Shown piece after piece: positions 23,902-36,561 of a DNA stretch of 64,000 bases. The DNA comes from Eledone cirrhosa (Eukaryota): positions 122,326,001-122,390,000 of the forward strand of contig OZ024742.1 in NCBI GenBank assembly GCA_964016885.1, written 5' to 3'. Both the position numbers and the translations under genes were made by a program. Position 1 is the stretch's first letter. Each line of letters opens with the position of its first letter. The notes under the pieces are model-generated. The model had not been told where the DNA came from. It did no database searches and saw nothing but the letters and a program-made list of their open reading frames with translations.

Positions 23902-25878
23902 ATGGCTAATTCCCCCCTGCACGAAGCAGCTGAAAGCCTTCCTCACAAAATAACACCTCACACCGACACCACCATTGTAAATGTTACTACGTTTGCCAAC
24001 ACAAAAAAAATATAAGCAGTAGCAATATTTTAAATTTGTCTCAGGCAGACATTGATTTCCCGCCATTACCAATGACTGCAGGTGTTAAACCCTCCACCAC
24101 CACCACCACCGCGACAACCACCACCACCACCGCGACAACAGAAACAAAAGAAGAAAAAAATAAATTAACTCGTGACGTCGAAATGAAATCAAGCAAAATG
24201 GACTCTTCCCCACCAAAGACGACTGACGTCACCACCACCACAACTGAAAATAAAATTAATATTAACGATAGCAACAACAACAACAATGACATTATAAAAC
24301 CGACCCTCAGTTTCGCCATCGTAGCAAAACAATTCGAAGCGTTCACGGTAACTCAAGAAGATTTAGAAAATGCCAAACAAATGGTAAAGAAAGATGGGTA
24401 CAGGGTCAGCCTCACCCCCCACCTAATAAAATGGAGCATCGGCGCCTGTGCACCGTGTCGTATAGAACAATAAATGTAAAATCGCGCCGAGTGGAACGGG
24501 CATCCGAGTCCCAAATCCCAAAAGCTTTGGGACATGTGTGGGCAAGAAAAACCCACATCAGACGTGGGCAAAAGTATGGAACCGTGGATGTGTTCTTTGA
24601 AACACCAGAGGAGGCTAGAGAACACTCCATGGCCCCATTAAAAAGTGACGACCTCACACTCGTCCCAAGCTATTGTGGCCAGAGACTCGTAAAGATCAGG
24701 GTGACCCACGTTCCACCGGCCATCGAAATTCCCTGGCTAATAGCGGCTGTCCTCGCCGGCATCGAAGCCAACACGAAAATAATAGCAGTAGCAAAAGAAA
24801 AGTAGGAAAACTGGTCCGGATCTGGGATGGAGCTCCTGATCCAAGCGGACCAAAAAAGCATTGAGGAGATCCCAGAGGTAATAGACCTCACTGACGGCAG
24901 CTACCTCACGGTAATTGTCGAGGGCAGAAGACCTAGGTGTGTCGTTTGTGGTGAAGGAACCCACCTAAGGGCTTTCTGCCCTCAGGCTAAAAGGTTGAGG
25001 CCACCTCTCCTACCCACCCCAGTGACACAACCATCAACACCACCAGTAGCAGAGATGGCAGCAACAACTGTAGCAGCAACAACAGAAGCAACTATAACAG
25101 CAACAACCCCAGCAACAGTAGCAAAACTAACACCACTACCACCACCAGCAATACCAACACCACCACCACCCAACGCTTCAGAACTAGCACCAGCGCCTAC
25201 ACCATCCACCACACCACAACCAAAACTAACGGCTGTGGAGGATTTTCCACTCCGCGGCCTATCACAACTGGAGACAGATTGTGACGACGAGGAGTGGGAA
25301 ACGATATCCGGAAAAAAAAAAGAAACCAAAAAAGAAAAAATTCTCTTCATTCTCCCTCCAAAAACAAAACACAGAGGGAAACAAATAAACTAAGAAACAA
25401 AAAAGTTAGGACAGGTATGCCACCATCCACACCAGCATCACCAACCCCATCAACCCAAACACCAACACCATCACCATCATTAACTCCAACATCACCATCA
25501 CCTACACCACAAAAGTCACCAAAATGCGAAACAGAAAGAAACCCACAACAAACGCAAACAAAACAAAACAACCAAAACGATACACACTACACAGCATTAA
25601 ATTTGAACAACAAGCAATTATTACACTACATCCAACACAACACCAGCATCACAGAAAAAGACTACACAACAACCCCAAAATTCACACCACCTCCACACAT
25701 ACAAATCACTCGCATCACACAGAAAACGTACATGACACTAAAACAAAAATTCCCCAAAGACATCGGAGACTTCCGACAAGCACTCTCCAGGAGGATTTAT
25801 AAGGACATCCTTCCTGAGGAGGCCACAAGCAGTGAAAAGGATGGAAAAACCGTCCTTCCCCTACGAGAAGTAAGGTAA
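23902..25878 (+). pseudogene. LINE ORF1 (gag-like, CCHC knuckle, Pro/Thr-rich), frameshifted
   Basis: Fragments 24036-24473, 24431-24805, 24827-25393 and 25294-25878; CVVCGEGTHLRAFC. Start ATG inferred by comparison with copy 2 (36778). Confidence 0.85.
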
Positions 25879-25912
25879 GTGGTCTTTCCCATCTTTTCCA
25901 CTCCTTTTCAAC

Positions 25913-28900
25913 ATGACCTCACTCAGAATAGGCAGCATAAATGCGCGTGGCTTGGGGTCGTCATGGAAGCAGGGCCACCTGCTCAACGACCTCAGGTCAC
26001 TAAACATAGATGTAGTGGCCATCAGCGAGACCAGAATCTCCGAAGCACAGGCTTTCGCACCGATCTTCGGCGGCTACGATGTGTACGCATCTCCCAGCCG
26101 TCCGGGATCGGGGGGATGAGTTGCTGTGCTTTTCGGAGAGGTTTGGATCTTGCCATACGGGCCATCTTCCTGGACGTGACCAGCGGAGAAGGGCAAGCTT
26201 TCAGGTTAGTGGCCGTCTATGCCCCGACAGGAGCAGGGCGGCCTGATTTCTTCCGGCGTCTGGAGACGTTTCTTGGAACGTCCCGCTCTTTAGTGTTAGT
26301 GGGCGACTGGAACGGGATCTTAGATGCACGCTGGGATTGTGTGGGATTAGTGGATAGGGAAGGAGGGTGCAAGAGTCTCACCAACCTGCTCAGACGTTTT
26401 GAACTGTCTGACAGGTACCGAATGGATTTCCCGAATGTACCAATGTGGACTTGGACAAATCGCATAGGGTCATCCAGATCATATCTAGATAGAGTATTTT
26501 GTAGGGAAATAGATAGGTCTAGCATAGGCTGTCCACAATTCAAGATAGTCAGCTACACGGACCACAAATTCGTGATCTGTGTGCTTGACTTAGATAGGCT
26601 TCATAGACGAGCACCCGGCTACTGGAAGCTAAACGCGTCCTTACCAGCGCGCAAGGCCTACAGAGACCGGATTAGCGAACTAGTTAAGCGGGCGTTGACG
26701 GGGGCCATCGTCAACAACAAGTGGTGGTTTGCTCTGAAAAGAGCAATTAGAATAGAGTCCATTAGGTTTAGTAAGACTTTAGCAATAGAGAAAAATAGAG
26801 CAGAGGGAGAATTAGTTAGAAAATTAGATGAGGCGCTTAGCAAAGGCATCGCGACCGACGTACTTGCGGCGAAATTGGCCCTTGACCAATTCTTCAATGC
26901 AAAGCACGAAGGCTGCTTTGTCAGAGCTAGGGTGCGTGCTCTCAGACACGAGGGGACGAAAGCCGTTCAATGGGCCCGAGTGGCGGAGGCGCGTCGTGGC
27001 AACAAAGCCACGATCCGGTCTTTGGTGGACCACGACGGGCGCATGATACTCGATCCCGGGCAAATGTGTGAAGCTTTTCAGCGACACTTCGCTCAACTGT
27101 TCGGGGGCAGTGGCGGGCCGGATCGAGGGATGGACTTTAGTGTCTACCTCGACGGACTGCTGCGGCTTTCGGCCACTGAGGCGGAGTGTTGCGAAAAGCC
27201 GATAACAACCGCTGAAGTACGGGATGCAATGACTAGTTGCACAAGGGGTAAATCGCCTGGTTTGGATGGTCTGCCCTATGAACTTTACGTACAAATGCCA
27301 AACTTGTTCGGAGGCCTCTTGGCGGACGTCTACTGCAACTGGCAACAGAACGGGAGAATTCCCAGCTCTGTGAGCCGCGGAGCGGTGGCGCTGCTGAGAA
27401 AGGATCCGAACAAGGGGGATAACATTGATAATTTTAGGCCCATATCTCTGCTAAACACAGAGTTCAAGATTTTTGCCAAGGTGCTAGCAAAGAGGTTGGC
27501 GCTTGTCGTTGGTGGTCTGGTGGGAGAGGCACAGACATGCGCCATTCCCGACAGATCCATCCACGACAACCTCCACCTCATGCGATACATCGTCGAGAGG
27601 GTAGCTAGGGAACCTGGCACGGGTGGGTCTTTGATCAATTCAGATCAGTCGAAAGCCATCGATAGGGTCGACCATCGTTACCTAACGGCAGTCCTGAGGG
27701 CGGCTGGCTTTGGGCCCGTCTTCAGAGGCTGGATCGCTGCCATGCACAGCGACATCTGCTCTGTAGTGAGAGTGAACGGTCACCTTTCGGAACCGTTCAA
27801 CATCATGCGCTCGGTCCGCCAAGGATGTCCCCTCTCGTCCCTATTGTACGTATTGACTCTCGAGCCATTACTGCACAAACTGGAGACGTTGAGGGGGGTC
27901 CCGCGCGAACTAGGATGCGGAAGATCCGTGTCAGCATATGCGGACGATGTCACCGTAGTGGTGTCGAACGCCAAACACATCGAGGCGATCGGCACTACAC
28001 TAAGAGAATACGAAGCGGTGACAGGAGCAATGATCAACCAGGAAAAGTCAGTGGGCCTTCAGCTCGGCACCTGGAGAGGCAGGTCCATGCCGTCCAACAG
28101 TGTCGTCGGGCGCTGGACGGACGGACGGGTTAAATTGCTAGGGGTCTGGTTCGGTCCAGACTTCCAGACGGACAAAAACTGGGACGAGGTGACGAGCAGG
28201 GTGGCTTCTCTCACCCAGAAATGGGCGGAGAGGAAGCTATCCCTGAAAGGTCGAGCGGAGGTGGCGAATGCGTACATCGCATCCGTCATCTACTACCGCC
28301 TGACCGTCGTACCTTGTCCTAAGCCCCGCCTGACTGCGCTGGAGCGTTTGTTCTTTCGCTTCTTGTGGAAGGGACGCGCTCCGATGGTCAGGCGGTCCAT
28401 CTGCTGTCAACACCCGCTACGTGGAGGGCTGGGCATGCCGTGGCTGATGATGCGCAGACACGCGCTCAGGCTACGACATCTCCACCTCTTCCTCGACGGT
28501 GATCAGGTGTGGTCGCCGTTTGCAAGACACGTTTTTCCCCAGCTCGTCTCCTTGACGGAGCTGCAGTCCTGGGTCAAGCGAAGACCGAGAGGGAGCGCTT
28601 GGAGACTGGAATGTCTTCAGGCGCTCACAGCCCTCGACCAATCGGGCAATGTGATCGGTGGAAACTCCAACTTGGCGTTCTATAGGGGATTAGTGGAGAG
28701 GAAGAGCGACGACGTACTTGGAAAAACTCTAAACGTCGACGAAAATCAACTAGCCAATCTCTTCGGAAGGACTTTCGGGCGGGGCCTATGGACAACTTCC
28801 AGAAATCCCTGGCCTGGCAGTGCTACCGAGGAGCTTTGCCAGTTCGGGATAAACTCTACAGGCATGGAGGTGCCGTCAGCCGGGCATGTCCGAGATGCGC

Positions 28901-29303
28901 GCAGGGCGACGAAACCGTCCTGCACGCACTCGTCCAGTATCCGAGCATTGCTGACTTGTGGGTTTATGTCGAACACCTGCTGTCACGTGTAGGACCTATC
29001 CAGCTATCAGCTGAGTCCATCGTGAGGATTGCCCCGCCCCCTTCCTTTAGCCTGGAAGGGCAGGCAGTTTTTATCTGTCTGGTGGCCATGGCGAAAGAGA
29101 TAGTATGGTGGACACGTTTGAAAGGGCTGAAGACGAGCACTTACCTCTTCGGTGATGCGCTGATTAACTTTTTCAAATTTCATTTGAAAAGGAAAATCAG
29201 GGTAGAGAGGGAAGTGCTCTCTTCCCAGCATTTTGTTGAAAGATGGGTGAGAGAAGCAAGTATGGCCCGAATGAATGGGCCTTCTCTGAGTATGTGTCTG
29301 TAA
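25913..29303 (+). pseudogene. LINE ORF2: AP endonuclease, reverse transcriptase and C-terminal Cys motif, two frameshifts
   Basis: MTSLRIGSINARG, VGDWN, SYLDR, YTDH, KSPGLDGLP, FRPISLLN, VRQGCPLS, AYADDV, CPRCAQGDETVLH. Confidence 0.95.
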
Positions 29304-29560
29304 ATTAAAGGTGGAAAACTGGGAGAGGGCACTTGCCCTGGTGGTCAGGGCCACTGTGGTCTTTTAATGGGCTTTCTCCACAAATGTCCCTTGGAAGTCT
29401 CCCCCCTATTGGGGAATTTTTCTTTGTTATTTTATTTCAACCTCTGTTTTTTTACACGCAGAAATGCCCATTTGTACCGTCCTGTATTGTCCTGTACTGT
29501 CCGTAATGTCTACTTTATGTGAACCCTTGTGGTTAATAAAGAAAACATTATTATTATTAT

Positions 29561-29659
29561 TTGTTGAAAGATGGGTGAGAGAAGCAAGTATGGCCCGAAT
29601 GAATGGGCCTTCTCTGAGTATGTGTCTGTAAATTAAAGGTGGAACACTGGGAGAGGGCA
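29561..29659 (+). mobile_element. Second, partial copy of the LINE 3' end
   Basis: Repeat of about 29233-29331 directly after the (ATT)n tail. Confidence 0.9.
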
Positions 29660-29666
29660 AGAAAAA

Positions 29667-29726
<60 letters not shown>

Positions 29727-29734
29727 GTTATTAC

Positions 29735-30538
29735 TCTTTGAGTCTCAGTCATTGATGTTAGTTAACTGGAAAGATTGTTGAAATGAATATCAAGCCACTA
29801 CCTGCAGCCTCAGATATTCAGGACGTATCGGAGGGTTCTTGCTGTTCACAGCAAGCATGCCTTTTGAAGCGTTCAAAAAAGCGTGAAGGGGCCAATTTTC
29901 TTTAACCATCCCTGGAAACTTTTTGAGATAGTCCCTAGTGCGCCTATGACAATCGGGATCACTTTGACTTCATGGCAGTTCCAAATCCTTTTTACCTCCC
30001 ACTTTAATTCCTTGTATCGGTTAATTTTCTCCCTCTCTTTCTCTTGCAATCTCGTGTCGAATGGGCAGGCCACATCCACAATCAGGCACGATCTTTTTTC
30101 ATTGTCCAAAACCACCACGTCAGGTCTATTGTGTTCCAGTTTCTTGTCCGTCTGTATCCTAAAATCCCACAGCACCTTCACCTGATCGTTTTCTATCACC
30201 GCCTCTGGCTTATGCTCATACCACTTCTCAGAATGTGGTAAATTGTTTACTTTGCATAGGTGCCAGTGGATCACCTTGCCCATCACATCATGTCTCCAGC
30301 CCTTATAGTGAGTCTGGGCTAGGTGTTTACACTCGGATACATTGTGAGCCACAGTCTCCTCTATCTCTCCACAGATCCTGCACAGTGGGCTAGCCTCCTC
30401 CTTGTAAATGTGGTGTTTCAACCACTTCGTTTTGAAGGCCTGCTCCTGCGCAGCCATTAACATTCCTTCTGTAGCCTTTTTAAGGTCTCCTCTTTTCAAC
30501 CAGTTCCATGTCTGTGGATCTCTAAATTCAGTTCTCTT
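29735..30538 (-). mobile_element. R4/Dong-clade (RLE) 3' fragment
   Basis: ORF 29873-30580 with CCHC, RHD and RLE, highly similar to 22658-23470. (TAA)n at both ends. Confidence 0.92.
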
Positions 30539-30550
30539 ATTATTATTATC

Positions 30551-31885
30551 GGTCCCTTTCTCACTTGCCCCGTTCCTCATCCAACATGGCCGTATTCAGG
30601 ATCGGAAGTGTAAACGTGCGAGCCTTGAGCTCGGTTTGGAAGCAGGGTCACTTGCTTAACGACCTCAGATCAATAAACATAGATATGGTGGCTATCAGAG
30701 TGACGAGAATCTCGGAAACGCATGCTTTCGCACCTATTTTCGACGGTTACGAAGTGTACGCATCTCCGAGCCGCCCGGGAGCGGGGAATGGAGTGGTGGT
30801 GTTATTTCGGAAAGGCTTGGGTATCGCCATACGGACCATCTTCCTGGACCCAGAAGGTAAGTCAGTGGTGCTGGACGTAAGCGGCACCGAACGCAACGCT
30901 TTCAGGCAAGTAGCCGTCTATATCCCGACAGGGACAGGATGGCCAGATTTCTTCAGATGTCTAGAGACCTTTATTGGAACGTCCCGCTCTTTAGTGTTAG
31001 TGGGCGACTGGAACGGTATCTTGGATGCACACTGGGATTGTGTGGGGCTAGTAGATAGGGGAGGAGGGTGCAAGAGCCTAACCAACCTGCCCAGACGTTT
31101 TGAACTGTCTGAGAGGTATCGACTTGATCACCCGAATGTGCCAATGTGGACATGGACAAAGCATATCGGGTCATCCAGATGGTATTTCGATAGGGTATTC
31201 TGCAGAGAACAAGATAAGGTTAGTATAAGTTGTCCACAATTTAAATTAGTCGACTACACAGACGACAAATTTGTGATCTGTGAAATCGACATAGACAGAT
31301 TTCATAGACAAGGACCCGGTTACTGGAACCGCGTCTTTCCCGGCGCGCAAAGCCTACAGAGACCGGATTAGCGTATTAGTTAAGCGGGCTTTGACGGGCG
31401 CGGTCATCAACAACAGGTGGTGGTTCGCCCTGAAAAGAGCAATTAAAGTAGAGTCGATTAGGTTTAGCAAAGGAGTAGTGATAGAGGAAAATAGAGTAGA
31501 GGGAGAGCTAGTCAGAAAGCTAGAAGAGGCGTTTAGGACAGGCATCGAAACCGACGTGCTTGCGGCGAGATTGGCACTCGACCAATTCTTCAATGCAAAA
31601 CACGAAGGCTGCGTCGTCAGAGCAAGAACTTGTGCTCTGAAACACGAGGGGACAAAAGGCGTCCAATGGGCCCGGGTGGCAGAGGCGTCACGTGGCAACA
31701 AAGCCACAATTCGGTCTTTATCTGACCAAAACGGGCGCGTGTTGCTCGAACCCGAGCAGATGTGTGGATCTTTTCAGCAGCACTTTGCTGAACTGTTCGG
31801 GAGCAGCGGCGGGCCGGATCGGGGTATGGACTCAGTGCATACCTCGACGTACTGCCTCGGCTCTCGACGACCGCAGCACAGTGTT
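30551..31885 (+). mobile_element. Tx1-like LINE of a second subfamily, ORF2 N-terminal part only
   Basis: MAVFRIGSVNVRAL...VGDWN...YFDR; paralogous to but diverged from copies 1 and 2. Starts just after a short (ATT)n. Confidence 0.88.
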
Positions 31886-32122
31886 GCGCATTTTACTTAA
31901 TGGTATGAGTGCGATGCAGAATAAAAGCGGTGATATAGAGTCACCCTGAAAAATTCCACAATTAATATTAACTTCTCCAGCTTCAGGTGATTTTGTTTTT
32001 CACTATTCAAAAGGAGTGTCCTTTTCCATGTCTTCATACCGAATGACAGGAACATCCTGACAACGGGAGATATTTGGAAAATCTCTAAACATTTTTCAAT
32101 CCATCTGTGTGGCAAACTATCG
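31885..32122 (-). mobile_element. R4-type RT fragment
   Basis: FDSLPHRWIEKCLEIF, then frameshifted GIFQGDSISPLLFCIALIPL. Confidence 0.8.
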
Positions 32123-32129
32123 AATATTA

Positions 32130-32400
32130 TAAAATAAAGTACCAGTAATGAACTGGGTAATTGCTGGCCTTGTGCCTAAAGTAGAAACAATTATTATTAT
32201 TAAGGGCGGTGGATTGGCAGTATCGGTAGAGGGACGGACGCGATGCTTTCCAGCATAGTTATGTCCCTTTACGATCTGAGTTCAAATCCCGCCGAGGTTG
32301 ACTTTGCCTTTCATCCTTACGGGGTCAATAAAATAAAGTACCAGTAATGCACTGAGTAATTGCTGGCCTAAAGTAGAAACAATTATTATTATTATTATTA
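32130..32400 (+). mobile_element. Two head-to-tail SINEs with (ATT)n tails
   Basis: A 3' fragment followed by a full copy at 32204-32380. Confidence 0.9.
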
Positions 32401-32407
32401 TTTTGTT

Positions 32408-33023
32408 TTTCCTTTTCAAATGAAATTTGAAAAAAGTTAATCAGGGCATCACCGAAGAGGTAAGTGCTCGTCTTCAGCCCTTTCAAACGTGTCCACCATA
32501 CTATCGCTTTCGCCATGGCCACCAGACAGATAAAAACTGCCTGCCCTCCCAGCTAAATGAAGAGGGCGGGGCAATCCTCACGATGGACTCAGCTGATAGC
32601 TGGATCCGTGCTACACGTGACAGCAGCTGTTCGACATAAACCCACAAGTCAGCAATTCTCGGACACTTGACGTGCTGGAGGTGCTCTCTTCCCAGCATTT
32701 TGTTGAAAGATGGGTCAGAGAAGCAAGAATGGCCCGAGTGAATGGGCCTACTCTGAGTATGTGTCTGTAAATTAAAGGTGGAAAACTGGGAGAGGACACT
32801 TGCCCTGGTGGTCAGGATCACTGTGGCCTTTTACTGGGCTTTCTCCACAAATGTCCCTCCGAAGTCTCCCCCCCCCCCTATTGGGGAATTTTTCATTGTT
32901 ATTTTTATTACATCCTCTGTTTTTGTTTTTTACACGCAGAAATGCCCATTTGTACCGTCCTGTATTGTCCTGTACTGTCCTTAATGTCTACTTTATGTGA
33001 ACCCTTGTGGTTAATAAAGAAAA

Positions 33024-33068
<45 letters not shown>
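32408..33068 (+). mobile_element. 5'-inverted, truncated Tx1 copy in (ATT)n
   Basis: 32408-32675 is the reverse complement of about 28930-29196; 32680-33025 is a sense copy of about 29213-29546, followed by (ATT)n. Confidence 0.9.
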
Positions 33069-33069
<1 letters not shown>

Positions 33070-34045
33070 GAGGCGGTGAATTGATAGTATAGGTAGAGCG
33101 TCAGACGCCATGCTTTACAGTATAGAGTTATGGCCATTTACGCTCTGTGTTCAAACTCAGCCGAGGTTAACTTTGCCTTTCATCCTTACGGGGGTCGTTA
33201 AAATAATGTACCAGTAATACACTGTGGTATAGCTGGCCATTTGCCAAAAGTAGAAACAATTATTATTATTGAGGGCGGTGGATTGGCAGTATTGGTAGAG
33301 GGTCGGATGCCATACTTTGCAGCATAGTGTTTTGGCCCTTTATTATTTGAGTTCAAATCCCGCCGAGATTAACTTTGCCTTTCATCCTTACGGGGTGGAT
33401 AAAATAAAGTACCAGTCCCGCACTAGGGTCGATTTGATCGACATTCCCCTCCCCTAAAATTGCTGTCCTTTTGCCTATATAAGAACCCATTATTATTATT
33501 ATTGAGGGCGGTGGATTGGCAGTATTGGTAGAGAGTCGGACGCCATGCTTTGCAGCATAGAGTTATTGCCCTTTACATTCTGATTTCAAATCCCGCTGAG
33601 GTTACTTTTCATCTTTACGGGGTCGATAAAATAAAGCATCAGTCACGCACTGGGGAAATTGCTGGCCTTGTGCCAAATGAAGAAACAAATATTATGTTTA
33701 TATTTAGTGCGGTGGATTGGCAATATCGGTTGATCGTCTGAAACAAGTTTTGTGGCATACAGTTGCGTCCCTTGAAGATGTGCTTAAATTCGCTGAGGTT
33801 AGCCCTGCGTTTCATCCTTACTTTCTAGATAACATAAATAGATAGTAACGCACCTGGGTCGATTTCATCGACTGTTCCTTCCCCCAAAGATGTTAGCCGT
33901 GTGCCGAAATCTGAAACCATTATTTATATGAGTTCAAATCCCGCCGAGATTAACTTTGCCTTTCATCCTTACGGGGTCGATAAAATAAAGTATCAGTAAT
34001 GTACTGGGTAATTGCTGGCCTTGTGCCAAATGTAGAAACAATTAT
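33070..34045 (+). mobile_element. Head-to-tail array of about five SINEs
   Basis: Repeated GGCGGTGGATTGGCAGTAT heads near 33070, 33273, 33505 and 33708, a truncated unit at 33929, and ATT-rich spacers. Confidence 0.9.
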
Positions 34046-36044
34046 TTATATATTTATTACGTATTTATTCATTAATCCGTTACTTGTTTCTATGATACTT
34101 ATATTCGAATCTGAAGGTCAACGGAGGTGAAATGTTAAATTTATATTCAAGGAAGATACCTTCTGGTGATAGTTAGTATGATAGAATACGCTATAGCGAG
34201 GTTGGAAATAGAAATAGATGTGCTTCACACCAAATATTGTAATCAAAGGCAAGAGTAGTAGAAGACCATATGTCTAAAAATAGTACCACTTCAGAATTGT
34301 CATTCTCTTATTATATTTATTGAACTTCAATCAAATAAATCGCTGGGTTGAGACAATGTAAGGGAAAATAATATGGAGATTTGTGTCATTGCTAGAACTT
34401 AGGAAAGTGTAGAAGAGTTCTGTTTCCATGGTTAAACTCTATTGGCGTTGATACATGTTCTTAAACTATGTGTAGGATGAGAATGTCATTGGTATAGGAA
34501 TACTATTTATCGCTATCAGCAGTTAAAGCTTTATCTGAGACAACAATTTAGATTAATTCCAAAATTAAAACAAAAATGTACGTTCACTACAATGCTCAAT
34601 ATTTCATTTGTTAATATATGTAATACTCGTTAATGCAGCATTTCTATTTATTTAAGAATTAATCTACCAGTTGAGCTTAAATGACGCGAACATTTTATTA
34701 ATTTGCTATTTAAGAAGACGTATTAGGGACGCCAAGTGATATTAACTGACCATCTGAAATTGTGACTTCTTGGCATATTGAAACAAATAAATACTTAGGA
34801 AAATCATAGCATCAACAAATAAGAATACATAAAAAAAATATCAAGTATCTAAATTCTCCTCTTACATAATGCACAACCTGATATTGAAATCGTATCAGGT
34901 TTAGAAATAGATTTTTGTGTTAATACGGTGAACAGGACCACCATAAATCCTGAACAAAGTATTACAGAAAAGTGAAAATTAAAATATGGGGCAGAACGAC
35001 TCGGAAAATATTTGGATTGCAGTTCCAAAACATGACGAAATATAGACAATAGATATAGCGAAAGATCACTACTGTAATTATAGAGATGCCGTTACTGAAT
35101 GCAGTGAAACAGCTTAGTCAAAGCGCTTGTGGATGGCGTGGCTTAAATGAATTTAAGATGTGAAGAATTGATAAACAGATTATATGGAGTTAGCTTCGTA
35201 CCATGTTGACTCAAACTGAGAACTGCAATAAACAAATATCAAAGGTTTCGTCAAAATATTCTTTATTGAATTTTATCGAATTAATCCCCGAATAGATTAT
35301 AATGGAAATATTAGTGAACTACAGAGTTGGAATAATGACATAATAATAACGGCATGTGCAGACAAACATACATGGACTCTCTCAGTTTGTAAGAGGTTGT
35401 TATATTTAAATTAATAGGACGAATTTTATTTTTTCAATCTAAAGATTTATTTATATCTATAAATTAAAAAAAGATGATCTAGAAATATTCCCCAAACCAC
35501 TGATTTATGTCATTTAAAATGGAACAACGCTATGTGAAAAAATGCAAATGCAAAACTATTGTTTTCATTGATAATGTTACTATTATTTCAGTTTTCTAAG
35601 GAGTACTTTAGCAAAATTGTTAGAGGGACGGTCAACATGTTTTACGGCATTTAGTTATGTTTCTTTGTTTCGATTTCAATTACCATCAAGGCTACCTTTG
35701 TTTTGAACCCTTAAGTTGATAGGATAATGTACCAGTCATCAACTGCGGTCGAGGCAAACGACTTCCTTCTCTAACAAAATTCATGGCCTTAATACCTAAA
35801 TTAGGAACCTTTGTTTAAGTAGGCTAATTTTCGAACGTATTTTCACTGCGCTGTCATGCGCAAGTCTTTGCATTATAAAATGTGACCCTATAGTTTTATG
35901 TTTGCTTTTTATAGTTATCATCAAATCAAGAAAATTCAATTTTGTCAACATTCCAAGCATAGCGTATCGACAAACATGTTATCCAAAGTATCACGCAATT
36001 CTTATATGATAAAGAGTAAAATCTGTTTAACTATAGTACTGGTA

Positions 36045-36232
36045 ATAATTGTTTCTACGTTAGGCATAAGGCCAGCAATTACCCAGTGTATTACTGGTAC
36101 TTTATTTTATCGACCCCGTAAGGATGAAAAGCAAAGTTAACCTCGGCGGGATTTGAACTCAGAATGGCAAGGGCCGTAACTCTATGCGTCAAAGCATGGC
36201 GTTCGACCCTCTACCAATACCGCCAAACCACC
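36045..36232 (-). mobile_element. SINE
   Basis: Full reverse-complement copy. Confidence 0.9.
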
Positions 36233-36366
36233 AGCTGGTAATAATGGAAGGCATTTCTGTGCAGTAACTAGTAGAGCTATATTTTATATACTTTGTATGT
36301 GTAAAAGCTCAGATAATATACGATATTTGCTTGTATATGTTATTGTCTGTTATTATTATTATTCAA

Positions 36367-36560
36367 GGGCGGTGGATTGGAAGTATCAGTAGAATGTTGT
36401 ACAACATACTTTGCAGTATATAGTTACGTTCCTTTACGAGGTTGATAAGATAATGTAACACACTGTGGACGATTTAATCGACTTCAACCTCCCCACAAAT
36501 AGTTGGCATTATGCCTAGATTAGAAACCATCACTAGAATTATTATTATTATTATTATTAT
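36367..36560 (+). mobile_element. Diverged SINE whose (ATT)n tail precedes LINE copy 2
   Basis: GGGCGGTGGATTGG head and TGCCTAGATTAGAAACC tail, then (ATT)n. Confidence 0.75.
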
Positions 36561-36561
36561 T

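Larger units (their letters stand above)
23693..29561 (+). mobile_element. Full-length Tx1/L1-type LINE, copy 1 (disrupted)
   Basis: Starts GGCGACCTACG right after (ATT)n; has 5'UTR, ORF1, ORF2 (APE-RT-Cys), 3'UTR with AATAAA and an (ATT)n tail. Confidence 0.95.

Noticed and set aside
33070-34045. Repeated A/B boxes as a tRNA cluster, or repeat-spacer pattern as CRISPR
   Set aside because: Units are SINEs with a non-tRNA body and ATT tails; eukaryotic context and no cas genes.
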